Assembly: GCA_951406725.2 (NCBI GenBank)
Contig: OX597825.1
Coordinates: 65,286,001-65,350,000, forward strand
DNA: 64,000 bases
Direction: 5' to 3'
Origin: Octopus vulgaris
Lineage: Eukaryota
Under the pieces are notes generated by a model, which had not been told where the DNA came from, made no database searches, and saw only the letters and a list, made by a program, of their open reading frames with translations. Shown piece by piece: positions 1 to 12,789 of this stretch. How positions within the stretch are numbered: the first letter of the stretch is position 1; each line of letters begins with the position of its first letter. The position numbers were made by a program, and so were the translations under genes.

Positions 1-79
1 ATGTATGTATTTTAAGTTTAAACACATTCTTTCAATTTATCATTATTGAAATTTAGGTTCGTTGTTAATAACATTGATA

Positions 80-1720
80 GCAATTATGGACTGAGTTGTC
101 AGACCGTCCGATAAAAAAATGCTATATAGCGTTTAGTTGCGATCCCAAACGATATCGTTTCTGATCTATCCAAGGTTGATTTATATTTCATTTTTCCGGA
201 TTAGATGATATAAAATAAAATACCACACAAGAACTTATTTGCTATGATATCGATTCACCTACACCATCTACATTTTTCGCTTTTTGTCTACGTTAGAAAC
301 ATTTATTGGTTTCAAGTTTTCGCAGAAGACCAGAAGTTTCAGGAAAGGTGATAAGTCGATTACATCGACCCCATTGTTCCACTGGTACTTAGTTTAAGGT
401 CCCTGAAAAGATGGAAGGCAAAGTCTACAACGACGGAATTTGAATTCAGAATGTAAAGACGGACCAAATGCCGCTAAGCATTTCGCACGGCGAGCCAAAC
501 ATTCTCCCATCTTGCTGCCTTAAACGTTCGAAATGGTTATTATTGACTTCAAATTCTGGCACACGGCCAACAATTTGGAGGTAGGGGTAAGTCGATTACG
601 TCGACTTCAGTGATCCACTGGTACTTATTATATCGACCCCGCAAGGATGAAAGGCAAAGTCGACCTCTGCGGAATTTGAACTTAGAAAGTATAGACATAT
701 GAAATTCCGCTAAGCATTCTGCCATTCTAAGAATTCTACCAGCTCGCGGCCTTAAATGTACGAAATAACTATTATAACTAGATTTATTAAGGCAATGTAC
801 TGACAGAGTGGCTACAGTGTCGGGGAACAAGTTGCATTACGGTATTTGATCCGGCTCTTTACATTCTAAGTTCAAATACTGCAAGGGTCATCTTTGCAAT
901 TAATCTCACCCTAGGGACATCAACGTAACAGAGTGCCGCTCAATTACTGGATCGATAGTATCATTTCACTATTTCTCCTCAAGTGGAGATAAATTACCTA
1001 GTGGTTAGAGCAGAGGATTCGCGATCGAGGGATCGCGAGTTCGAATATCAGACCGGGCGATGTATACCAATTTGAAAAAAATATATGTGTATATATATAT
1101 ATATGCCGGCTCCGGCATAAGGTAATGGCGAACTTCTGCTGACTCTTTCGTCACAACGTTCTCTCACTCTTTCCTCCAGCATCTTGCAGCTCACCTGCGA
1201 CAGACTGGCGTCCCGTCCAGGTGGGGAGCCTATACGCCAAGGAAACCGGGAAACCGGCCCTATGCTCCACAAGGGGCAAAAAGGATTAAGAAGGATTTCT
1301 CCTCAAAACTGATGGTCTTGTGTCTAAATTAGGATCAATTATCATTTATATTTTTAAGGCGGTAAGCTGGTAAAATCGTTATTGTCAACTTTGCCTTTCA
1401 CCAATAATCTGCATCGATAAATAAAAGTACCAGATAAACATTGTGTTCGGCATAATTATTTAGATCCTTCCCGCAAATTTTAGCTTTCGTACCTATTATA
1501 CGATCATTAGTAATATGGTGGTGGTTTGGCAGGATACTTAACGGGACATGCAGAAAACTGTCGGTTTTTGTTCCGCCTGTCTATATTTTGATTTTAAATC
1601 CCGACGAAGTCATCTTTAAATTTCGTCCTCTCACAGAATAGACAAAATAAAGTTCCACTGAAGATTTAATCCGCTAATTTAATGGTGCCCTCAAACTTTT
1701 AGACCTTTTCCCTATGCTTG
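80..1720. mobile_element. Cluster of older SINE A copies (about 309-521 -, 546-752 -, 790-980 +, 1358-1500 +, 1520-1720 +)
   Basis: Repeated diverged matches to the family A core (gaaaggcaaagtcgacct..ggaatttgaact) in both orientations. Confidence 0.75.
983..1294 (+). mobile_element. SINE family C (tRNA-Arg-like head, OR-SINE-like) nested in a SINE A copy
   Basis: Head cctagtggttagagcag...gagttcgaat. 3' module cctgcgacagactggcgtcccgtccaggtgggg...gaaaccgggaaaccggccctatg. 12-bp TSD atttctcctcaa (971-982 / 1295-1306). Confidence 0.8.
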
Positions 1721-2269
1721 ACTGAATTTTCGTAATTATTAATGATATTCTAGAATTTATTTTCTTGAAAAATTCTAAACCATTTAATATTCTTTTTGTT
1801 TCGCTATTTTAAAATGGAGTTTTTCTTTGTGCGTGCGTGCGTGTGTATGTGTATGTTTTTTTTCTTTTGTCTTCTATTTTTTCTTCTGTTATCCATATGC
1901 ATGATATTAATATATGAAACAACAACGTGTCATGCAAAACATCATCCATACCAAACTATTTGAATTAAATTAATCGTGATACTGGAATTTTATTCTCTCA
2001 GTAGATGACTTAACAAGGTTATTATGCTTCTATTTCTTATTTGATTTTTGAAATAGGAAACATAAAATAACAGAATTGGAGTGATGCAAATTTTTATAGC
2101 TTATTAATGGGAAAGTATTACGAGTTTATCTCATTAAATCTACTGTCACGACTACATTATTAAGATATGCCCTTCATTAGACTAATTTAATATTATTTTG
2201 GTGAATAATATTTTTGCAATCTTTTCTTCCTTAGGTTCTTGTACGTGTATCCATATACAGATACACACG

Positions 2270-2311
<42 letters not shown>

Positions 2312-2494
2312 TACATTTATATATACTCATATATCTATACACAGGCACTCACACAAAAACACACACGCACACACACATATATATATATATTCATATATAT
2401 ATATATCCATATGTATTTTTTCAAATCTGTATACTTATGCGTGCATATATGTGTGTGTGTGTGCATAAACATGTATATAAACGTGTGCATAGAC

Positions 2495-2621
<127 letters not shown>

Positions 2622-2869
2622 GAGGGTGATTTAAAAGCAGAATCGCCAGAGGATCAGACACTATGCTTGGCATACTGCTTGCATTTTTAGATCAGTTCCC
2701 TTTGGGGTCATCTTTACCATTTAGTTTCTGGGATCGACGATATTTAATTATCCCCCACCTCAAAATTGTTGCTCATGGGATAGGTAGATTAGAGCGACCC
2801 CTGTTCTCGAATGGTTTTAGTGAAGAAACAAAATGAAGAAACAAAAGGCAAAGTCGACCTCATCATGCC

Positions 2870-3190
2870 GATGTCGAGATAGGCGACAGAAGTGTTGGAA
2901 AGTTGGAAATAGTGCAGGAGAATTCGAGGGCAGGATGGAAGGATTGGTCAAAAGAATTGTGAATTCTCCCTTTATATATATATATATATAGGGGGGGGGG
3001 CTAATTCATAACAAATGAAAGACGAAGACAGTGGTGTAGACATCAAACAGATGTATTAGTATAACGTTCAGGAAGTGAAAAAGTATTTAACGTTTCGAGC
3101 CTACGCTCTTCCACAGTAAGGAACACAGAAAGAAACAAGGAGAGAAAATAAAGAATGTGTAGTGGCTAGCGATATATACATGAAGGTGTA
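2870..3190 (-). mobile_element. Penelope-like element remnant: RT fragment plus terminal repeat with hammerhead-like motif
   Basis: Minus strand 2953-2870 translates (one 8-bp duplication) to QSFHPALEFSCTISN/TSVAYLDI, like the PLE RT motif N.FHP.L.FT...S...V.FLD. Minus strand 3119-3086 reads CTGTGGA-A-GAGC-GTAG-GCTC-GAAA-CGTTA, a hammerhead with a perfect stem II and an A6>U change. Confidence 0.65.
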
Positions 3191-3264
3191 TGACCTAGTG
3201 GATAGGATGATAGGATGATAGTGGATAGAAAGATAGACATTTACACAAATACATACATACACAC

Positions 3265-3343
<79 letters not shown>

Positions 3344-3969
3344 GGGAGGAAGTTAGAGAGCGGCAAATATGTATACATACACATATATGCATACAGAGAA
3401 CCAGACACACAGAAAGAAAGGTGAGTGCTGTATGCGTGTGTTCTGTGACCATGTGTCTGTGGTTGCTTTGCACACATTGTGTTTTAACAAGATGTCTCTC
3501 CTTACGAATAGACATCGTCAGGCAATCAAAATGAAGAAAAATACTTTACGAAGGTATTCGCTATTTTAGACATTACACGTCGAGTAAATTCACTTTTATC
3601 GTCCATTTTGGCACATCATAATTGATGTTAACTTGAATAGAGATATCGTTAATGGTGTCTAAAGTGTTCTTTTCGGACTTCAAGTCATCTCCTTGTAGTT
3701 ACAGGGGGTTTCATTATATTTTCAATGATCTGGAAATTGTAGTAACAAATTGCTTTGAACAGATACGTTAACCAGAAACAATTGAAAGTTGTAAGGTTAG
3801 CAACTGATTCAATTTGGAAAGACATGGAGGTGGTGTTATTTCTATTTTATTTTATATGACAGATAATATAAAACGTTAGGATTTATCCCCAATGTATCAC
3901 TGGTATTTCATTTACTCAACAAAATTATCTATCTTTTATTTATTTATTTATCTATTTATTTATTTATTT

Positions 3970-4161
3970 ATTTCAGTCATTAGACTGTTGCTAAGCTGGG
4001 CCAGCGCATCGAACAATTTGTTTTAGTCGAATGTATCGACACCAGTATTTATTCTATCGTTCTCTTTTGCCAAGCCGCTAAGTTACGGAGACGTAAACAC
4101 ATCAACACTAGTTGTCAAGTGGTGGTTGGGGACAAACACAGATACAAAGAGACACACACAC

Positions 4162-4230
<69 letters not shown>

Positions 4231-4370
4231 ACGGGCTTCTTTCAATTTCCGTGTACTAAATCCACTGAAGGCTTTGGTCAGCCCTACATTATAGTAGGAG
4301 ACATTCGCCCAAGGTTTCTCGCAGTGGGATTCGGGAACAGGCTTCTTACCACACAGCCATGCCTGCGCCT
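3970..4370 (-). mobile_element. SINE family B (ggcgcaggagtggctgtgtggtaag head, internal TA/TG microsatellite)
   Basis: Colinear, diverged match to the copies at 16614 and 17385. Confidence 0.8.
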
Positions 4371-4541
4371 ATGTTACAGTTTAAATTTTAGTTTTGCAAA
4401 ACGTCTAAATTCAGCGTTGTAGTTCTGCCGAAGTGTAAATAAAGTTAAGGGGCTAAAACACGCATTTAGTAGGTATTTATTTAGTGTTATGAACGAGCCA
4501 CCAGCACTGGTATCATTATCATCATTATCATTATCATCAAA

Positions 4542-4762
4542 GGCGGCGAGCTGGCAGAAACGTTAGCACGCCGGGCGTAATGCGTAGCCGTATTTCGTCT
4601 GCCGTTACGTTCTGAGTTCAAACTCCGCCGAGGTCGACTTTGCCTTTCATCCTTTCGGGGTCGATAAATTAAGTACCAGTTACGCACTGGAGTCAATATA
4701 ATCGACTTAATCCCTTTGTCTGTCCCCTCTATGTTTAGCCCCTTGAGGGTAATAAAGAAATA
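4542..4762 (+). mobile_element. SINE family A (tRNA-derived, MetaSINE-like central domain), full-length young copy
   Basis: Head ggcggcgagctggcagaa (A-box-like) and gagttcaaactcc (B box). Central gtcgactttgcctttcatcctttcggggtcgataaattaagtaccag. 16-bp TSD tatcattatcatcaaa (4526-41 / 4763-78). Confidence 0.9.
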
Positions 4763-5013
4763 TATCATTATCATCAAAACTTTTATTAGCAAAAGCTATA
4801 CTATGGTACTCCGCATTAATACCAACGTTGCCATTGCTGCCGCCATTTTATTCAATACATTTATCTGCGTCATTATCATCTTCCTCATCTTCCTTATTAT
4901 CAATGTCAACACCATCATTATCAGCAGCAGCAGCAGCAGCAGCAGCAGCTATTTTCGCTATATGCATGTCGATTATATATACACCTCCTTCTTAATGTTT
5001 CCACAGACGAAGT

Positions 5014-5680
5014 TGTTCTGAGTTAAAATTCCGCCGAGGTTGACTTTGTCTTTCATCCTTTGGGGATCGATAAACTAAGTACCAGTTGCGTATTGGAGTC
5101 GATCTAATTGACTGGCTCACTTCCTCCAAATTTCATAAGGTGATCCTTTCCTTGTATTCCGTATACTTCATGATGTTGTAGCCGTAGGTCTCATAGATTC
5201 ATATTCTTTAACAAAAATCAATTTTAAAACAAATTTTCACGTTTACTATAAGTAGGTAGCGTACATCAGGATGAAAGTCATTGTATCAACCTTTCGTAAA
5301 TGACTGGTGCCACAGTAGGTCGAAATGAAGAGCCTGTCCCTTCAGAATTTGAATTCAGAACGTAAGGTTACCAGCGAGGAAATTTGAACTTAGAATGTGA
5401 AGTTTACTATCAATGGGATTTATGTTCAAAACGCAAAGTTCTTCCTCGATATCATTTGTAAAAGTTGCTTTTAACGGGACTTGAATACAGAATTCTTTAT
5501 ATTATAGGCAGAAAGACTCAAAATTTGAGGGAGGGATCTAGACAATTACAGCGACTTCTGTGCTTATTCTGTTCTACCCTGGAACAATGAAAGGCAAAGT
5601 CAGGCTCGGAGCCTAAATTTAGAAGGAATACTGCTAAGCATTTTGTCAGGCGTGCTAACGATATATCCAGCTAGCGCGTT
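5014..5680. mobile_element. SINE A fragments (5014-5135 +, 5505-5680 -) and B-box-derived short repeats
   Basis: Family A core motifs. Confidence 0.65.
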
Positions 5681-6212
5681 TCATTTCAGATCAGAACGTA
5701 AAGAACCATACCTAGGTAGTCTACTCCAAGAATTCCGCGCAGTCTATTGCCCGTATCTAATTACAGGATACGCAGAAACGAACGCATGACTATAAATCGA
5801 CATTTAGGAAGCAAATTCAACTGATTTTTATTATATTGTTACATTTTTATTATATTTTTAAACCTTAATCTATTTCTTACTAACACTAAATATTGCCTTA
5901 ATGCGGTAGATGTTGCTTAACATTCAAAATTGATTTATTTCGAGAGATTTCTTCCTAGATATCAGCTTTCCATATTGTTTTCCGTTCGAGAATTTCTTAC
6001 TTTCCAAAATATAAAAATTCCAGGAATTTTTCTGCTACAAAGATATAATTTCTAAAACGAAAAAATATTAATAACAACAACAACAGCATTAGCAACAACA
6101 TCAAGAAAACGAAATTTCGGTAGTAAGCTACACAATTTATATATTTTATTTGTAATATTCTCATGTTTCCGAAACTTCCAAAGTAAATAAGATAAAAAGA
6201 TATTATCAAATG

Positions 6213-6215
<3 letters not shown>

Positions 6216-6292
<77 letters not shown>

Positions 6293-6723
6293 TTATGTAT
6301 ATGTATGTATATATATATATGTATATATATATATGTATGTATGTATGTATGTATATATATATGCGAATACTTTTTAGTTATTTACTGATTTATGTTTATG
6401 CTAAGCTGACTTTATTTCTTAGAATTTAAGTGAAAAATTAAATACATGCAATAGAGTGCATTGTTTATGCGAGAAACGAGAAAGCAGACATATTGATGCA
6501 CAAAAGTGTAACCTCTCATGATTATGTGTGTACACATATCTGGGTCTATTTCTGTCTTTCCGTCTCTTACAGTTTTCCCCTTTATATTTTCTTGCCCTTT
6601 TATGACTCCTTCCACCTATCCACTGTTTTCTGTGATTTTTTTGGTTGTTGTTGTTATTGTTTTTTGTAATTCTCTCTGCCTCTCACTTACACTCCCGGAA
6701 TTTCTATTCTATCTTTATAACTC

Positions 6724-6764
<41 letters not shown>

Positions 6765-6909
6765 TTCTCTCTCTCTCTTTCTCTCTCTCTTTTTCTCACT
6801 CTCTCTCTCTCTTTCTCGCTCTCGCAACCTGCTTTCTCTCCCTGTCTCACTTTCTTCTACTTTTTGCAATTTTGCATTTCATCTGTTTAAATCTCTCGTC
6901 GTGCGAACT

Positions 6910-6942
<33 letters not shown>

Positions 6943-7325
6943 GCACCCACGTCTACGTACGTCTACACATGTATCAATGTCGATATATATGCATACATAC
7001 GCAAACACATACGCACACACACACACAAATAAATATATACATATATATATATGTATATATATACATATGCTTATATATAAGCATAAACATATACAAAAGC
7101 ATATACAAATATATATACACACACACACATATATATATATATACATAGATAGATATATATACATATGTATATATATATACAAATATACATATATATACAT
7201 ATACAAATATACATATATACATACATATACATAAACAAAGATACATATGTACATACATACATATATACATATATATATAGAGAGAGAGAGAGAAAAGAGA
7301 GAGAGAGAGACACACACACACACAA
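6216..7325. repeat. Compound microsatellite region: (TA)n, (TATG)n, (TC)n, (CA)n, (GA)n
   Basis: Direct inspection. Confidence 0.95.
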
Positions 7326-8114
7326 AATCCTCCACTATTACAAAATGTAGTATTAGTGATGCAAGATGTACTTATATATGCTTGGTAAGGATGGATGTCA
7401 CGGGGAAACTGAATGCTCCATAGAATATTTCTGCATCTTGGCGTGCTCGCACACATATACATGGGTATGTGTGTGTGTGTGTGTACATACATGTCTATAT
7501 CAATATATACGTATGAGCGTGAGAGTGTAAACGTGTGTATGTGTGTGTGTATGCATTGGATGTGTGCGTGCGTATGTTTGGAGCTACGTAGCGTGATTGT
7601 GAGTAAAAAGTCAAAAGTCAAATGGTATATATATAAGAAATACTTTGATTGAAAGAAAACAAAACAGCAGAGCAAAACTGAAGCTTTACGCACACACACA
7701 CACACACACACACACACGTGTATGTCTATGTATATGTGTCTGTGTATGTGTGTAAGTATAGGTTGGTCGGTATGTCGGGCGGTATGTAAGTATGGCTGAA
7801 GTCTCTAGTATGCTGGCATTACAGTTTTCTCACTGCAATTGTATTAGACAAAGAAAAACAAAAACGGTACTAAATTATGCAACTAGCTTGCCAGAAACTG
7901 AATCTCCAATCTCTAGTAAAAATATTATTTCAGCCAAAATCTAGGATCGATAACTTATTCAGAATATGAATATGGACAATATCTATTTTTGGAAACCTCG
8001 TGGAAATGAAAACCCTCGAATTTTGCGGCACTCTCATCTCATATTCTGTATATGAAATTGCGCTATTTCTTTCACTCAACACACGCACACAGCACTTACA
8101 CACAGACCAATACA

Positions 8115-8158
<44 letters not shown>

Positions 8159-8212
8159 TGTTTGTATGTGTGTATGTATAAATATACATATGTATGAGGG
8201 AATATATGTATG

Positions 8213-8249
<37 letters not shown>

Positions 8250-8266
8250 CATGTATATATATATAC

Positions 8267-8303
<37 letters not shown>

Positions 8304-8438
8304 CTTCATTGAATTAGTAGGTTGCAGTTATTTTGGCAACTTTACACAAGTGCAATTTTGCTTTAATAAACTTTGACATATTTATACAGCTGTTTAAAAT
8401 CTTCAAGATATTTCCTAATTGGCTATATTAGCCACTAC

Positions 8439-8545
<107 letters not shown>

Positions 8546-9001
8546 GTTGCTGTTAGTGTTATTATTCTACGGTAACATCGCTAGAGCGTCGGATTAAATG
8601 GTTAGCCACATTACTTCCGGCTCTACGTTCTGAGTTCAAATTCCACAAAGGTCGACTTAGATTTTATTCTTCGGCGTGCGGGGGTCGATGTAATCGACCA
8701 TTAAATTATGTACGAGATGTCTACTGTGTTGCGTCACCCGACTAGATTACACTCCCGTACACAATACTATCTGTCTGTGAATTTGAAGCAATATTATTGT
8801 TGTTGAAAAGGTTACCACTTGACGCGTTTAATTTGACTTCCAGGCTTGAACTCCTGTTAAATCTACTAGCCAGCGTGCAAATACCTGTGTTGTTACTCAA
8901 TTTGCTAAGCACAACACACAATTTTTTTCTCAATTCAAATCATGTTCTCTTCAGAAAAGAAGCACTGGATAAATGTTATTTGCTTTGCACTACCTCTAAA
9001 T

Positions 9002-9325
9002 AAAGATATGACGGTCAGGAATGGAATATCAAAGATATGACGGTCAGAATGGAATGTCAAAGATATGACGGTCAGGAATGGAATGTCGAAGATATGACGG
9101 TCAGGGATGGAATGTCAAAGATATGACGGTCACGAATGAAATGTCAAAGATATGACGGTCGGTAATGGAATGTCAAATATATGACGGTCACGAATGGAAT
9201 GTCAAAGATATGACGGTCAGGAATGGAATGTCAAAGATATGACGGTCAGGGATGGAATGTCAAAGATATGACGGTCAGGAATGGAATGTCAAAGATATGA
9301 CGGTCAGGAATGGAATGTCAAAGAT
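9002..9325 (+). repeat. 29-bp minisatellite, 11 copies plus a partial copy
   Basis: Unit AAAGATATGACGGTCAGGAATGGAATGTC, head-to-tail with no spacers and 0-2 differences per unit. Confidence 0.97.
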
Positions 9326-9779
9326 TTTCGCTTGATCGGGGATTACCTAGCTCAAAGCAACATCAACAACATTATTACTATTATCAGCTTCCATTACAGG
9401 TTTCCGGCAATATCACTGCTATAGAAACATTCAAGCATTCTGGGTTAGAGCTGATCTAGGGTTCCCACCGTAGTACATTAAATCATGTGTCACCTGAATC
9501 AGGTCTGATCTGGCGCAAAATAACAGTAGCAACAGTACTGCTATCAACTTCTTTAATCCTATCTGAATTACGTCAGATTTGATTTGGAGCTAAATAATAA
9601 CAGCAATAGCAATTACAACAGTCTTGCCCTCAACGCCTCGACCATTAGTCTGCTGAATCAGGAATGACTTACGGCCAAACTGTCTGCCTATATGCTCTTT
9701 GTACATCATGAACGTTTGATCTAATTTACGATTTAGGTCAGGGTACCGAAATAATGGCTTCTTATATAGACGCAAGCGT

Positions 9780-10610
9780 GCACTTTGGCAAAGTAGGTTA
9801 GTCGATACCATCGGATTCACTAGGAGACAAGTACTTTATTTTATCGACCTCAGAATTTGTGAAAGAACAAGTTGGCCTCATCAGGGTAAACAGCTGGAAC
9901 AAATGTGGCAAGGAATTTATAATGATTCTACCAGTTCGCCGCCCTGAGACACAGAGGCTCTTAAAACACGAAAAGTACTCACTAGCATTCTTCACTGTAC
10001 AGTAATCTCTCGCCATATCGCGGTTCGCTTATCGCGGTTCACCTATCGCAGTTTATTATTTAAGCTTACGTCGATTCATCCGTGGTGTTGTTTTGCATTT
10101 ATGAAAAAAATAAAGATATACAAATTATAAAAATAAAAAAATATATAAACTATTGTTTCCACTTCGCATATTTTCCCACCCGTAACACTCGAGATAGTCG
10201 AGGGATTCACTTTTGTAATTTGTAAGAGGGAGGTCAAATCTCTCCGGAATAACCATTTAATTCACTCGACTGGACTCAGTAAATCAGGAAACGTTAATAT
10301 TAATTAATATAAGAATGATATTTCTGCCGAAGTTGACTTTGCAGTTGCTCCTTTCGGGGTCGATTAAATAAGCACCAGTTACGAACTGGGGTCGATGTAA
10401 TTGATTTAATCCCTTTGTCTGTCTTTGTTTGTACCCTCTATGTTTAGCCCCCTGTGGGCAATAAAGAAATAAATATAAGAATGTTATTTCCGAGTTCACA
10501 CTTTTGCCTTCTATCCTTTCGGGGTCGACTACTTGAGGTTGATTGAGGTCGATGCAATCGACTTAGTCCCTCCCTCGAAATTGCTGGCTTTGTGCGAAAA
10601 TGTAAAACAA
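9780..10610. mobile_element. SINE A fragments (9780-9950 -, 10320-10610 +)
   Basis: Family A core and tail (tttagcccc..gtgggcaataaagaaata). Confidence 0.7.
10000..10215. mobile_element. Short Tigger/pogo-like MITE (MER44-like architecture)
   Basis: TA-CAGTAATCTCTCGCCATATCGCGG at the left end with internal atcgcggttc repeats. The degenerate right TIR cgagatagtcgagggattcacttttg is followed by TA. Confidence 0.6.
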
Positions 10611-11295
10611 ATATAAAAATTATATTTCAGTCAACTATATCGCATTTTCAACAAAACATTGAGCTAGTGCTTTGCATGATGGGAAACTATTATATCAGTT
10701 TCGTTAATGTTTCCAGAAAATTGACAAATATTAGCTATATGTTAGTGGCAAAATGTCAGAGAGATTTATAACAAATAGATTCTTCATAGATGAAAACTTA
10801 GAAAGATCTAATCATAGAAATGACTCGAAGGATTTTTATACTCTATTTTAGTTTCCCTATATATACTTGATGAAATTGTTATACAACCTTAGCAAGACCT
10901 GAATAGACAGTTGAATTAATTACTAGATAGAATATGATGAAATCTTCTCGGTATGTTGTAAGCAACAGCAATATCTTCACAGTAGTTATTAATTTGATTT
11001 ACTTACAAACCGTGTTTTCTTGCTTTCGGTCACATTACTACCCGATAGATGAAGCTGAAATTAGATTTATGATTATATTTCCCCTACATTTACGCATTTC
11101 CCTTCAGCTAGGCATTTTCGTTGTATTTTGTTTTGTTTCCCCTTTAGATTGCATTTTCCTTATCATTTTCAATTTGTTTCTTTGTCTTCCGTATTCCATT
11201 CCTTTTCTTTCCTCACTTTTCCCTTCGTACTTCCTATACGTTTCCTTGTAACATGTTTACGCATAGGTTTGCATATATGTGCGTATGAACGTGCA

Positions 11296-11496
<201 letters not shown>

Positions 11497-12007
11497 GTAT
11501 GTATGTTTGTATTTATTTATTTATGTATGTATGCATGCGTATAAATATATATTATTGTTAAACCAATGTGACAGGAACATTTTAAAACAAACATGTGCAA
11601 GACTTGTATGTCTATACGTCAAAAATATGTAGCCATTTCATGTGGAAAATCTGCAAAATTACATCCCTACATTTAGTTAATAATCACTGAGCTCAAAAAA
11701 GCATGTGGGGATTCAGTTTCGAAACTCTATTAAGCTCCTATCTGGGTTCAGTTCACTTATAGCCATGATACTTAAAAGAAGAACGCACAACCATTTATAA
11801 AATGCTAAATCGTACAACAGAAAACATCTAGAATATATCTGGGGGTGATTTTTCGTTTTGTTATCCCGCATTAAGCCCTATGATAATTGTTAAGAATTCG
11901 CCTACACAATATGTATAAGGAGAGATTTGCAAGATGTATCTTAATTCGTACAGAGATAACCGATTAAAAGTAATTTAAATAGGAATAAGAAGGAAATGGG
12001 TTAGCTG

Positions 12008-12047
12008 TGACTTCGACGTTTCGACTCGTTCACCTTCATCAGACTCC
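12008..12047 (-). ncRNA. Minimal hammerhead ribozyme motif, stem I degenerate
   Basis: The minus strand reads ggagt-CTGATGA-A-GGTGAACGAGTC-GAAA-CGTC-gaagtc. The core boxes are intact, stem II is weak (G-C, G-U, U-G) and stem I is poorly paired. Confidence 0.55.
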
Positions 12048-12171
12048 TAAATTATGCATATGTATATGTGAGCGTGTGTGTGTGTGTATGCATGTATGTA
12101 GGTAATGGGCTCCGTGTGAGCAGTCATCTAAAAGTTTTTTGTGCATCTTGATGTTGACATAAGTTCCTTGC

Positions 12172-12254
12172 TTTTCCTGATGAGAAAGCGGCATAATATA
12201 CTCTTTATTCCTTCGCAATTAGGAATATGCAGCCTTCGAAACATATGTCGAAAA
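12172..12254 (+). ncRNA. Type I hammerhead ribozyme with intact catalytic core (probably in a Penelope-like terminal repeat)
   Basis: Stem I TTTTC(12172-76)/GAAAA(12250-54). Core CTGATGA (12177-83). Long stem II GAAAGCGGCATA...TATGCAGCCTTC (12184-12237) closed by G-C. GAAA at 12238-41. Palindromic stem III ACATATGT. GUC cleavage triplet ending at 12249. AATAAA follows at 12253-58. Confidence 0.8.
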
Positions 12255-12789
12255 TAAAGAAATTTTGTTAATTCGTCGTTCAACTCCATTCTTTCATATA
12301 TGTATGTATGTATGTATGTATGTATTTGAGAATTTGTATAAACTTCAAGAGAACAAGAATTAATTTTCTTATGGAATGGTGGATCTCGAATACAAAACAA
12401 AAGCTATATAAGCTGCTTGTGTGACTCGAAACCACATCTGTAAACTTGACAGACCTTCTACTATTGAACTAAAACAATCCTTCCATTGTCTCTATTAATT
12501 TAAGAGACTTCATTCTTACCAGTGAGAACTGTCTGCTGTTGGCGCCACAAGAATGGTCATAAACTCCGAGAGAAAATGAAATGTTTCTTGTCTGAAATGG
12601 TAGATCTCGAAGTAGATAAAGCCATAAATAAGAACACGTAAATATTGGTTTAAAATGTCTTCTGGACAGAAACACCCGACGGTTGATCATGTGACTCAAA
12701 CCCATTAATATTTATAGCTTTATATACTTCGAGATCAACCATTTCAAAACCGATTTAGTTCACGTTCTCTCGAGCTTTATATAAATTCT

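Noticed and set aside
3489-3525. Minus-strand CTGACGA followed by a hairpin (hammerhead-like)
   Set aside because: There is no GAAA after the stem and no stem I or III.
4923-4949. (CAG)9 as a polyQ/polyS coding tract
   Set aside because: It is embedded in ATC/ATT low-complexity sequence with no splice or coding support.
9002-9325. CRISPR-like 29-bp repeat array
   Set aside because: Units are directly head-to-tail with no unique spacers, there are no cas genes, and the context is eukaryotic.
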